Virus record (IMG/VR): IMGVR_UViG_3300031419_000010
Location: 46,871-110,870 of that record
Reading direction: 5' to 3' (one strand)
Source: a virus
Length of the DNA stretch: 64,000 nt
Part shown: positions 39,195 through 48,686 of the stretch, in pieces
Numbering within the stretch: the stretch's first letter is position 1
How the letters are laid out: each line of letters opens with the position of its first letter
The notes under the pieces: model-generated
Database searches by the model: none
The model's input: only the letters and a program-made list of their open reading frames with translations
Told to the model about the DNA's origin: nothing
Program-made: the position numbers and the translations under genes

Positions 39195-40274
39195 TCAAAG
39201 TTCAAATTGTTTTACGATACGCTTTTCCGGTTTGCCTTTCTTTTTCGGCATCAAACCGCCTTGATCTTTCTTTACGGCAGAAGGATTTGATTTCACAACC
39301 TCAGCGTAAGAAAGAGTAGGATCAGCCATAATACGTTTTTCCATTTGCTCAAGAAAGTCTACGATGCGCGAAGTGATAAAACAGTGATCAACAAACGGGC
39401 AAGTTTCGTAACCATGAAATTCATCCCAATAGTATTCAGGAGACTTGCAAGGTTTCTTCTTGATAGCAGCGGTAGGATCTTTTTCACGAACAGAAGCGAT
39501 AACGGAATCCCATGCGCGAATCTGCTTCATCATAAACTTGTAAGCGATCTGCGATTCTTCTTCGTCGAACTTAAAACTTTTCTCAACGAACTTTTTGGGA
39601 TTGTCGCGAGGCACATACACCAACGTGTAATCAACGATGTTGTATCCGTAACGCTTTTTCAGAATGTAGGCGTAGGTTGCGATTTGATAGCGATGGTACT
39701 TAACAAAGAAAGTTCCATCTGACGCTTTAGTGATCGTGGTACTTTTCAAGTCGATCAAACTATACGTGCCGTCAAGGTTATCAATCAAACCATCAACAAA
39801 GCCTTTCAAACTTTTGTACAGCACACGCAGTTCGCAATAGTCCATTGCCTTTTTGCACTTCGGGCAAATGTTGTCGCACGAATGTTTGCGCGTGTACTTT
39901 CCTTTTTTAATACGCTTGCCATTTTCATACACGCTTTTTGTTTTCGCGTACTCAGGGCAATCTGTGTTTGTGCATTTCCAGTGACCAACCATCTGACCAC
40001 TGTAGCCCAAAGCGTTCTGCAAACTTTCGTGCATCCCCGTACCGGCTTTTGCAAAAATGTTTAGCATCGTTCCGTTTTCGCCGCTCAGAAATTTGTTATG
40101 CTTTTCGTAAATACGTTTGGCATATTCCTGAATGCTGCAAATTGGAAACATACTCGGACTAACACGCTTTTTGGGCCAACGCTTTTCCGGAACAGTTACA
40201 TCAAGTGCGGAGTCAATCAAACGACCAACGCGAGAGAGCGTTCTCGTTTCATATAAGTTTCGGATTTGTCGCAC
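39195..40274 (-). CDS. Cas4-like PD-(D/E)xK exonuclease
   Basis: SPS..PIC, GT.MH, GFVDG, IDLKST, QIATY, and C-terminal C...CPF..C (Fe-S type). Confidence 0.8.
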   Translation of the reverse strand: MRQIRNLYETRTLSRVGRLIDSALDVTVPEKRWPKKRVSPSMFPICSIQEYAKRIYEKHNKFLSGENGTMLNIFAKAGTGMHESLQNALGYSGQMVGHWKCTNTDCPEYAKTKSVYENGKRIKKGKYTRKHSCDNICPKCKKAMDYCELRVLYKSLKGFVDGLIDNLDGTYSLIDLKSTTITKASDGTFFVKYHRYQIATYAYILKKRYGYNIVDYTLVYVPRDNPKKFVEKSFKFDEEESQIAYKFMMKQIRAWDSVIASVREKDPTAAIKKKPCKSPEYYWDEFHGYETCPFVDHCFITSRIVDFLEQMEKRIMADPTLSYAEVVKSNPSAVKKDQGGLMPKKKGKPEKRIVKQFEL

Positions 40275-40581
40275 TGTTCACCTCAATAGAAATGTTCTTT
40301 TCGAACAAATATACATCGTAGAAATAAGATCCATTTTTCACTACTAAATGTTCTACGGGATCGGTTTCACGACTCACAATCTGCATAAACTTGAAACGGT
40401 CTTCAAGTTCCGCACGAAATTCAGGAGTGTATTCAGAAACAGGAATAGACAAGCCTCGCATGTTGCTGTCTTTGAATACGGCGTATGTTCTTGCGTCTAA
40501 CTCTGTAGATTTACAGAATCGCATCCAATGTGCGGGATATAAACGATGAACAATGTTTGATGCGTATGATGTAGTATTCAT
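40249..40581 (-). CDS. hypothetical protein
   Basis: Downstream of CTAATTT on the minus strand. Confidence 0.6.
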   Translation of the reverse strand: MNTTSYASNIVHRLYPAHWMRFCKSTELDARTYAVFKDSNMRGLSIPVSEYTPEFRAELEDRFKFMQIVSRETDPVEHLVVKNGSYFYDVYLFEKNISIEVNSATNPKLI

Positions 40582-40649
40582 GGCATTAAAATCTGTAAAT
40601 TCGAGTTAATAGGTACAGAAAAATTAGTATTTCAAACAGGTGTTATTCT

Positions 40650-41690
40650 ATGAGTGACGTTCATCAGGTAGTTATGGAAGAGATCGGGAAACTTCCCGGC
40701 GATAAAAAGTTTGCAGCAGAATCCATTATTGTTTGCTGTCCGTTCCACGACGACAGATCACCAAGTTGCGGAATCTACACAGCAGTAGGAATGGAAATTC
40801 CATTAGGTTACTTTCACTGTTTCGGTTGCGGTGAAAAAGGAAGTTGGAATGATCTTGCGCGTAAGGCAGGATTGCAGGAAATAAAAGAATGGCGCATGAA
40901 AGACGCAGGCGAAAACTCGCTTAGCGCATTGCTCCAGACTTACGACAAGATGGATAAGAAAGTTGGCACGTATGCAACTGTTGCGCTTTTGATGAAAGCG
41001 TTAAAGCGCGATAGTTATATGGAATGGCCGGAAGATGTGGAGTGGCGAACTTATCCGGGATCGTTAGTTCGTGCGGCAGGTGGATTGTTGAATGCGCAGC
41101 GTACCGGAACAAACATTTGTTTCTTTCCGTGCAAGGTAGGATCAAAATACATTGGCGGCGTTGCGGCGTATCTTACCAAACAATTAACCGGAACAAGTTA
41201 CGTTAACTCTAATGGTGATTGGGCCAAAACAAAAGGTCTGTTTCCGACTCAACTTGTGCGCGACTGTTTGAAAAAATACAAACTGAAATATGTTGTGTTG
41301 GTTGAAGGGCCACGCGATGCGCTTGCGCTTCTCAGTTATGGAATCCCGGCGCTGGCGGTATTAGGTGCGCAGCAGTTTGGATCTGAGAAAAGAAGGCTGG
41401 TTGAAATGTTAGGTGTGACTACGGTCTACACAATGACAGATAACGATGACGGCGGGAAACTTTTGAGGGATAAGATTTTCAAGGAGTTCTCAACCAATTC
41501 GCTTATGCGTGTTAAGCATTTCAAATTGCCGCGTGAGAAGGACGAGAAAGGAAAGCTGATTAAACTTGATCCGGACAATGCGCCAATCAAGATCATCAAA
41601 GAAGTGAAGGCACTGTTGAAAGACGTGCAAGGCGAGAAGTGTTTTATCCCAGCAAAGAAGTTAGGCTGGAAACGCGAGAAGAAAAAATAA
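40650..41690 (+). CDS. DNA primase (CHC2 zinc finger + TOPRIM)
   Basis: CPFHDD...HCFGCG; LVEGPRD; TDND. Confidence 0.88.
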   Translation: MSDVHQVVMEEIGKLPGDKKFAAESIIVCCPFHDDRSPSCGIYTAVGMEIPLGYFHCFGCGEKGSWNDLARKAGLQEIKEWRMKDAGENSLSALLQTYDKMDKKVGTYATVALLMKALKRDSYMEWPEDVEWRTYPGSLVRAAGGLLNAQRTGTNICFFPCKVGSKYIGGVAAYLTKQLTGTSYVNSNGDWAKTKGLFPTQLVRDCLKKYKLKYVVLVEGPRDALALLSYGIPALAVLGAQQFGSEKRRLVEMLGVTTVYTMTDNDDGGKLLRDKIFKEFSTNSLMRVKHFKLPREKDEKGKLIKLDPDNAPIKIIKEVKALLKDVQGEKCFIPAKKLGWKREKKK

Positions 41691-41704
41691 CTGCACCAAA
41701 ACAA

Positions 41705-41734
41705 AAGGGGAAGCCGCAATGGTTTCCCCTTTTT
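41705..41734. terminator. bidirectional intrinsic terminator
   Basis: AAAGGGGAAGCC-GCAAT-GGTTTCCCCTTTT between convergent genes. Confidence 0.8.
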
Positions 41735-41752
41735 CATTTCACCAACGAATTT

Positions 41753-42409
41753 TTATTCGTCGTCTTCCTCTTCTTCTTCATCGTTCATGCGATCTTGAAT
41801 CGCTTCCAGAATCAGCTCAGTCAGAGGGCCGCTCTTGATTGATTTGCGCAGACGTTCCAGATCGTCAAACGTCAGGCTGTGGGCGCGAGTCATGAATTCA
41901 CGTTGCAGAGACTCATCATCTTCGTCTTCTTCTGCGCGGTCGATCATGGCTTCGATGAAATCGTTGTTCGGAGAATTTTTCTGCTTCTTAGCGATCTTAC
42001 GTGCCTTAGCAGAAGTTTCGCCAGAATCCAGATCGATCTCTTCGTGGTCTTCGCTATCGTCGGTAATGGTATCAACGATTTTGTTGATGCGCTGATATTC
42101 AGATTTTGCGCGAGGTGTAGAAAGATATTTTTCTGCATCTTCGGCGCGAACGATAACGAGTTGCTTTTTGGTAAGAATCTGACGCAGCGTTGAACTGCGC
42201 AGCAGATTTTCCAGCGGTGCCATCGTGGTAAGATCAATCGGGATAAAGGTCGCCGGGATCAGTACCGGAATAGTGACGTTAAGTTCGTTGATACAGTTGA
42301 AAGCGATGTTCCCGTTTGGGTTCGAACGGTTCAACACGTACAAGGACGCGACAGGATCGTTGCCGAATTCTTTGTTAAACTGCGTCAGAGAGATGGGGGT
42401 GATTTTCAT
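41753..42409 (-). CDS. hypothetical protein; N-domain paralogous to 42522-44513
   Basis: IDLTTMAPLENLLRSSTLRQ. Confidence 0.75.
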   Translation of the reverse strand: MKITPISLTQFNKEFGNDPVASLYVLNRSNPNGNIAFNCINELNVTIPVLIPATFIPIDLTTMAPLENLLRSSTLRQILTKKQLVIVRAEDAEKYLSTPRAKSEYQRINKIVDTITDDSEDHEEIDLDSGETSAKARKIAKKQKNSPNNDFIEAMIDRAEEDEDDESLQREFMTRAHSLTFDDLERLRKSIKSGPLTELILEAIQDRMNDEEEEEDDE

Positions 42410-42521
42410 TTAAATGTTACTCCAAGATTTAGCGAATTTGTTTTCAGTACCCGCACGTCCATGTGCAGAAAGATTTGAGCTAGTTAAACATTACCAAGTT
42501 CAGATCTATTACATGAAAAAG

Positions 42522-44513
42522 TTACTCAGCAGCTTTGGCGGCAACGGTATAAGTGAAACTGGAGTTTGCGAAACCACGTTTTGCGAAACCAATTTCAATT
42601 TCCTGTGCGGCAGCGGCGGCGGATTTGAGATTCAGAGTAAAGCTACCTGCGTCGTCAGCTTCAACAGAAGCAGAAGCATCAGCACAAGTTACCAGAGCGT
42701 GAGGCTCCGTGGTTGCCGTTACGGTGGTGTCACCTTCTGTAATGGTCAACGCTGGTTCAACGAAATTACTAAGCGCGGTAGGAGTTACCGTTAAAGTTTT
42801 ATCTGCGTAATGCAGTTTCTTAAACGTTAAAGTTTCTGCGCTGTTCATCGCCGGGCCAGACAGTTCGAAATTACCATCGGACTCAACAGTGCCAACTTTA
42901 TTACCTTCGATGAAAATTTCTGCATCAGGTTCTGCGGTGCCGTTGATTTCAGTTTCACCAACATAAATAGTTTGATAAGTTGGTGCAGCCTGAACACTCA
43001 GCGCTTTGACTGCAAGCACTAAAGTTTTATCAGCGTAGTTTGTTTTCTGGAACAGAACGTTGGTGTTGCCTGCGCTCAGTGCATCAACGGTCAGACTAAA
43101 TGATCCATCAGCAGAAGCGACAACAGATTTATCCGCAACAGAAACTTTCGTTCCTTCCAGAGTTGTACCAGTGATAACAGTGTCACCTGCGTACGCATCG
43201 TTAAGCGTTGGTGCTGGCAGATCTTTTCCGAGAATATCTACTTCGGCTGCTTTCGAGTTGTAGTATTCGCTGGTGAAAGTAATGATCGCTTCGCCTGCAT
43301 CCAATGCGTCAGTTGCAAAACTAAATGCGCCGTCGTTACCAACAGCAACGTCGTAAGTTTTCGCGTCCGTTACCAGTTCAGCTTTAACATCGGTTGAACC
43401 AGCTTTCAGAACAACTTTACCTTTCACAACTTTTTCTTCCGCGTGAACGGCGTCAACAGTTACTGCGCCAAACTCGTTTTTCTCAGGAGTGCGAGAGAAC
43501 GTAGTTTCTTTGTAGCCAGTAGATTTGACAGTTGCTTTAACGTCGCCCTGAATAGGATTGCAGTTAGCGTTGTATTCAGTTTCGTTTGCCGGAACAGTGA
43601 CGTTAATCAGTGCCTGGCCAGCGATCTCAATTTCAACGCCAAACGGCAACGGCTGTGCCGGATTGATGTTTAACAGAACAGCGTCATCCAGATATTTCGG
43701 AGTGATCATTGTTACGTTAACTTCGCGCTGTTGTGCAGCAGGCGTCACAGTCAGATCGGTGTAGCCTTCATGCGAGAAAAGAATTTCCAGAGTGCCGTGA
43801 GGATACGGAACGTCCAGAGCAAATTTTCCATCGCTACCAGCAGTCGCAACGTCAGCGCTATTGCCGTCATTCAGAAGAATAACAGTTGCGCCTTCGAGTG
43901 TGGTGCCGGTGATCTGCGAGTCAAAGTTGGTGAAGGTGTTCACAGTTGGCTGCGGATAAACCTGCTTCGGTTTTTCCTGAACAGTCACAGCGACGTTTTT
44001 AGTTTCAAATTTTTCTTTCATGAAACTAACGTTAAACTGTTGACCAGCAACAAGCAAATCAATCACAGGCAGAGAAAAGTTTTTACCTTCTCCGACGATT
44101 GTTGCAGAAACTTTACCGCCAATCACAGATTGAACTTGAGTTCCTTCCGGTGCGCTTCCGGAAATCGCGGTGTCGCCTTCGGTAACAGGAACATCAACCA
44201 GCGTGTAAGCCGGGAACTTTTGATCATTTGGCTCAGGCATATCCTGCGGGTTAACCAAGCGCAGTTGCTTTGAAGCAAACACTTGACGCAGTTCGGCACT
44301 TGCCAAAAGGTTTTGTAGCGGCGCATATTCGGTAAGGTCAACGGCGCTTCCCGTGATCGGAATGATAATGTCGCGCATACGAAAATCGCTACCAAGCACA
44401 CTGAAAGAAATCTGACCGCGAGGGAAACTTGCGTTGCGAACCCACATCTTTGGATCAGTAAGAACATTCGTTTTCAGAATTTGTTCAAACTGTTCAAGAG
44501 TAATCGTACTCAT
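42522..44513 (-). CDS. Ig-like repeat virion protein (decoration/fibre candidate)
   Basis: About seven ~80-aa Thr/Val-rich repeats (ITGTT..G..V...DG.F.L). Confidence 0.75.
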   Translation of the reverse strand: MSTITLEQFEQILKTNVLTDPKMWVRNASFPRGQISFSVLGSDFRMRDIIIPITGSAVDLTEYAPLQNLLASAELRQVFASKQLRLVNPQDMPEPNDQKFPAYTLVDVPVTEGDTAISGSAPEGTQVQSVIGGKVSATIVGEGKNFSLPVIDLLVAGQQFNVSFMKEKFETKNVAVTVQEKPKQVYPQPTVNTFTNFDSQITGTTLEGATVILLNDGNSADVATAGSDGKFALDVPYPHGTLEILFSHEGYTDLTVTPAAQQREVNVTMITPKYLDDAVLLNINPAQPLPFGVEIEIAGQALINVTVPANETEYNANCNPIQGDVKATVKSTGYKETTFSRTPEKNEFGAVTVDAVHAEEKVVKGKVVLKAGSTDVKAELVTDAKTYDVAVGNDGAFSFATDALDAGEAIITFTSEYYNSKAAEVDILGKDLPAPTLNDAYAGDTVITGTTLEGTKVSVADKSVVASADGSFSLTVDALSAGNTNVLFQKTNYADKTLVLAVKALSVQAAPTYQTIYVGETEINGTAEPDAEIFIEGNKVGTVESDGNFELSGPAMNSAETLTFKKLHYADKTLTVTPTALSNFVEPALTITEGDTTVTATTEPHALVTCADASASVEADDAGSFTLNLKSAAAAAQEIEIGFAKRGFANSSFTYTVAAKAAE

Positions 44514-45130
44514 TTAATTTTCTCCAGAAGAGAGTTTAAGGCGAAACAGAAGATCTGATACTTTTTCGGAGTCAGGCCAAGCGCGGTGCCTAGCGCAAAC
44601 TCCGTGTTAGTAAGAGTTGAAGTTACTTCTGCAAAACGCGCTTCGTCGCCCATGTACTGCAACATCCAGATTTGATATTCCGGAAAAGTTTCTTGCAGGA
44701 ATCCATGAACGCCGTCAACAGATGGAACGGTTCCAACGTTGTATGAGAAATTTCTTTCCGTTGCAGTGAGATCAAGTTTGTGAATAAAAGTGCTCAGACA
44801 AATTGCAAGACGCGCACGGTTCTGTGAGCGACGAACAGTTGCCTCAAGTTGCTTTTGATCAAACTCACCAAGTTCGGGGAACAATCCCTTTTTGTAGTAA
44901 GCGATTTCTTTACTGCTAATCGGACGGTCAGAACTTTCTTTTCTGTCCAGCGCAAGACAGCCAGTTTCAGTTGCGGTTGTGCAATACTGGCAGCGCGACA
45001 TTGGACACATGCCACGAAAGCGAAAAGGATGGTTCGACTCTTCCAATTCAGGACAAAGATTGATCGGACGCGTATCAACTTTAATCGGAATGTTTTTCTG
45101 TTTGCGTTTTGCTCTTACTGCGGTTGCCAT
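44510..45130 (-). CDS. hypothetical Cys-containing protein
   Basis: CP...CPMSRCQYC...GC. Confidence 0.7.
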   Translation of the reverse strand: MATAVRAKRKQKNIPIKVDTRPINLCPELEESNHPFRFRGMCPMSRCQYCTTATETGCLALDRKESSDRPISSKEIAYYKKGLFPELGEFDQKQLEATVRRSQNRARLAICLSTFIHKLDLTATERNFSYNVGTVPSVDGVHGFLQETFPEYQIWMLQYMGDEARFAEVTSTLTNTEFALGTALGLTPKKYQIFCFALNSLLEKIK

Positions 45131-45189
45131 CTTTTGAATTCCTGTATACAGATTTTATTTTCTATTACAGTACATTTACAGCTTTTGTT

Positions 45190-45876
45190 TCAAAAGTTTG
45201 GAAATTCCACACAATATTCCAAAACAGTCAAGCTGGAATTTGGTGCTGTATCCAGATGATCTGCGCATGACAAAATTAAAATTCGTGGACGCTGCTTAAA
45301 CGGCAACGTGTGTTTCGAAACCATTTTGGTAACGTTGTCTACAAGCTCGTTTAAGTTTTTCCAGTTGAATGATGCACGGGCAAGATCTTCAACTTGATGC
45401 TTGTTGAAAAGCTCAAGGTATTTTTCGTGCGTGATCATTTCAGTGCCAACGCCTACAGTTTCAAACATGCTGCGAATCACATCACACGTTCGGAACATAG
45501 GAAGCGAAACAGGCGCAAGCGGATCGATAGGTTGGTCAACATTGAATCCACGAGGACAAACAGAGAAAACAAACGTGGTAAAGTTTTTGCCTTCGGTCTG
45601 GATCGTTTCAATTTCGCGATAATAAATATCGCAGCCGAGATCCGGATCAACCGTTGGGAAAACTTTACTGCCAACAAAATGCTGAATATCTTTTATCAGC
45701 TTGTTGTAAGTGATCCAAGTAGATTTAAATTCAAACTGCTCAAGCAGATTGCCTTTGGTATCCCGCGCCGCCTGCCCCGGAAGAAGAATGTGAAGGTCTG
45801 CTTCGAACAGCGCTTCCATTAAAGACTGAATCAGCACGTCAGTTTGAAAATTGTTGGTTTGCATATTAACGGTCAT
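45190..45876 (-). CDS. hypothetical protein
   Basis: ATGA coupling with ruvC. Confidence 0.7.
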   Translation of the reverse strand: MTVNMQTNNFQTDVLIQSLMEALFEADLHILLPGQAARDTKGNLLEQFEFKSTWITYNKLIKDIQHFVGSKVFPTVDPDLGCDIYYREIETIQTEGKNFTTFVFSVCPRGFNVDQPIDPLAPVSLPMFRTCDVIRSMFETVGVGTEMITHEKYLELFNKHQVEDLARASFNWKNLNELVDNVTKMVSKHTLPFKQRPRILILSCADHLDTAPNSSLTVLEYCVEFPNF

Positions 45877-46442
45877 GTTTTAAATTCCAAAAGTTTGGGC
45901 GAATTGAGGAAGCGATCAATTAGTTTGTAGATCGTCTTCTGAATTCCCGCAAAGGGTTTGAGATTGTTCATTTTATAGAACGTATAAACTCCAATCAACA
46001 TGGAGTCGAATTCGTGAATTGCTTTCTTACTCTTTTTCGAAGTAAGTTTAAACTCATCGTAAAGATCTTTGAGTTTTGGTTCGCACTCACGGTTGAAAGC
46101 ATTCTTCCATTGCGAAGCAGTGATCGCAAAGAAGGGAATTTTTTTCTTATGGCAGTAAAAAGCCATAACGCCAATCATGATACTGATTGCTTCGATGGTG
46201 TTTCCACCTAACCCGCGTGACTGAAAGCGTTCAAAACACATTGCGTCAAACGGGCCATACTTTTTGTCGATTGCAGTGATCTCGTCAAGAAACTTTTTCG
46301 TTACTGCGCCAAGATCACCAGTAAGATCTTGAATCGGACTGCCAAACATTCGCGTTCCGATAATGTCCAACTTCTTTTTCTCAAAGTTGATAACGGTAAG
46401 CGCAAAGTTCACTTTTCCGGGATCACCAGATAAAATGCGCAT
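45873..46442 (-). CDS. RuvC-like Holliday junction resolvase
   Basis: ILSGDPG.VNFA, CFERF, ASQWK, HEFDS. Confidence 0.75.
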   Translation of the reverse strand: MRILSGDPGKVNFALTVINFEKKKLDIIGTRMFGSPIQDLTGDLGAVTKKFLDEITAIDKKYGPFDAMCFERFQSRGLGGNTIEAISIMIGVMAFYCHKKKIPFFAITASQWKNAFNRECEPKLKDLYDEFKLTSKKSKKAIHEFDSMLIGVYTFYKMNNLKPFAGIQKTIYKLIDRFLNSPKLLEFKT

Positions 46443-46577
46443 AGAAAGCTCCTTTTATTTGTCTATATAAATAATCATTCGTGCGCCTCAAGGTAGAATA
46501 AAATTTTATCAGTAATTTTTCTAAGTAAAGGATTGCTGTGAGAAGGTGTACCATAACGGGCTATTAGAGGCGACACT

Positions 46578-47693
46578 ATGAGTTGGATCAATTCTGGAAA
46601 AAGCCGCACCACTTACAAACGACACAAAACTTATGAAGGTGAAAGAGTCCAAAAAAGATTGGACAGCATCATCGAAGTTGTGCAGTCGAAAGTTGAGCAA
46701 GCTCTTGCTGTTGATAGCACAAAAGTTATCATCTTTAAAAAAGCAAAGTTTGGTTTGGTGTGCAGTTGTAACCGCGTCGAAAATGATTTCGAAGATCTTT
46801 TAGAAGGCGGGATGAAAAGCGTTGTGCGCGAAAATGATGGCGAGTCGCGAGGCGCAGGAGTTTCAATTAAAAGTTCCGGCTCCACGATGTTTGGTGGAAA
46901 AGGAAAAGGCGCAATTGCGTTAGATGATATGATCAGTTCCAGTGCGCAGGCCACGCTTGACGCTGCGGATATGATGAGTGACGGCGGCGAAGAAGATATT
47001 CGCTATGACGGAGGCAACAACGTTAACTGCGGTATCTGTTATCGTCAGGGTGTGCAGCCGGGCTATCAGTCAACAGGTTATATCTATAACGTAATGACGC
47101 ATCACCACACGCAAAAACTTTCCGGATACAATGAGGATCAGTCAACAGCGCCAACAACTTTCAAAGCAGTTAAGAAAGGGGCGTACGTTGATTTTGAAAC
47201 CTTAGTACCGAAATATTTTAAGTCGGCAAAATACAGCATTCGCATAAACGAGATTGTGTTGCCGCCTAGCGTGAAAATGTTTGCTGTGATCAACGGCAAA
47301 GAAACCGCGCTCACTCTTGATCTTCTGAACAAAAAGAAAGGTCAGAATATTATTGTGCGCGTCAAAGATGTTGAGGTGTTCACTCACGCCATTTTGATTT
47401 TTGATTTGGGTGTGGCTGACGTTAACTGCAATATCAGCGAAGAACAAAACACGTTGAACTACGATCAAGAACTCACAGTTGGTAATATCACTGTAGTGCT
47501 TCCTGCTCGTGTTGGAATGATTGAGCCGGAAGATATTCTTGTTCTGCCGTTCAAACGTTATGTTCTGAAAGTTACTGAGGCACCAAAGAAACGCACTGCA
47601 AAAAATCAGTCGTGGGAATGGGTTGTCACAACACGTCCAGTACAGCGAAAGGAATTGCAGTACAACATCAACAAAGGTTTTGACTTGAGGTAA
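46578..47693 (+). CDS. probable virion structural (head completion/neck-like) protein
   Basis: CSC...CGIC; beta-rich C-terminus; first gene after the strand switch. Confidence 0.45.
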   Translation: MSWINSGKSRTTYKRHKTYEGERVQKRLDSIIEVVQSKVEQALAVDSTKVIIFKKAKFGLVCSCNRVENDFEDLLEGGMKSVVRENDGESRGAGVSIKSSGSTMFGGKGKGAIALDDMISSSAQATLDAADMMSDGGEEDIRYDGGNNVNCGICYRQGVQPGYQSTGYIYNVMTHHHTQKLSGYNEDQSTAPTTFKAVKKGAYVDFETLVPKYFKSAKYSIRINEIVLPPSVKMFAVINGKETALTLDLLNKKKGQNIIVRVKDVEVFTHAILIFDLGVADVNCNISEEQNTLNYDQELTVGNITVVLPARVGMIEPEDILVLPFKRYVLKVTEAPKKRTAKNQSWEWVVTTRPVQRKELQYNINKGFDLR

Positions 47694-47695
47694 TC

Positions 47696-48256
47696 ATGCA
47701 GACAGAAATTATTCTAGGTCGCAATCCCGATCAGGTTGCAGATATTCCACAAAGCGGAGACGCGCAAAACACGATCACTGGCGAGAAGCTAACAGAGGAT
47801 GCGCCGCGCACTGATTCAACGATCACGATGCGCGACAACGCACCAGTTGTTAAGCAGGCCGAAGCTGTTGACGTTCGTCCGACGAGCATCAAAGCGGTGG
47901 CGTGTGACGATCCCGGCTACGAAGATTATCTTAAACGTTTGTACAACGTTCCGGAAGGCGGCGAAGTGTCAGGCATTCAAAGAATCTTTGCAGGTCTGGC
48001 GCAAGAACTTCACGACATTACTCAGGGATCAATTGATCGCAAATACAATGTTGTTGGCGGTGTGAGTGAGTCGCGATCTAAATCGGCAAATGCGCGAAGC
48101 AAAATGCTGAAAATGATCATGCCGGAATTGAGTCGTGACATGGGCGATAAACTGTCGAAAGCCGTTGGAGACAACGATGGAGACGCTGTTGCTATGCTTA
48201 TGGCGCAGATCGGCAGGAAGTTGCAGAAAAAGCTCAACATGAAAAATCGAAAGTGA
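47696..48256 (+). CDS. hypothetical (possibly virion) protein
   Basis: GAGG SD; internal VSES motif. Confidence 0.65.
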   Translation: MQTEIILGRNPDQVADIPQSGDAQNTITGEKLTEDAPRTDSTITMRDNAPVVKQAEAVDVRPTSIKAVACDDPGYEDYLKRLYNVPEGGEVSGIQRIFAGLAQELHDITQGSIDRKYNVVGGVSESRSKSANARSKMLKMIMPELSRDMGDKLSKAVGDNDGDAVAMLMAQIGRKLQKKLNMKNRK

Positions 48257-48686
48257 GTAGAATCGCATTCTAAGGGCTTAAAACGCAAATCTACGCGATA
48301 TTGAAATTTGCGTTTTTTATTAAATCCCTTTTTACTCTTACATATCAATGACTTACAGAATGAGCCAAATATTTTACACGTATTTCGGAAATGAAACTTT
48401 CGCTATCCTTTGAGTATTTGCCTATATCCATTGAGTATAGGTAGGGCTAGGTAGGGTATAGCTAGATCGTATGGTGATACCTATAGCGGAGCGCAATGCC
48501 GAACGGACGCAGCCCAGGCCCAGGCCGCCCCAGGCGTAAACCAGCGTAGCGTATGCGTGTATAGCTTTTTAAAATAGATAAGGTCACAAAGAATTTTATC
48601 TTGAAGACAAGAGCTAAAAATAAAAGGGATCTTTGGGCAGGTGGATCGGAAAAATTCTGTAAAGATCAAATGTGTTTCGATAAATC
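48257..48686. other. origin-like non-coding region
   Basis: Inverted repeat 48280-48316, IHF box, AT-rich tracts and several short direct repeats. Confidence 0.55.
48343..48355 (+). promoter_or_regulatory. IHF binding site
   Basis: TATCAATGACTTA matches WATCAANNNNTTR, with an upstream A/T tract. Confidence 0.65.

Noticed and set aside
39195-40274. Cas4-like gene as evidence of a CRISPR-Cas system
   Set aside because: No array or other cas genes seen; solo Cas4-like nucleases are common in phages.
45873-46442. RuvC as the missing half of a split TnpB
   Set aside because: Looks like an ordinary stand-alone resolvase with no zinc finger, on the opposite strand ~4 kb away.
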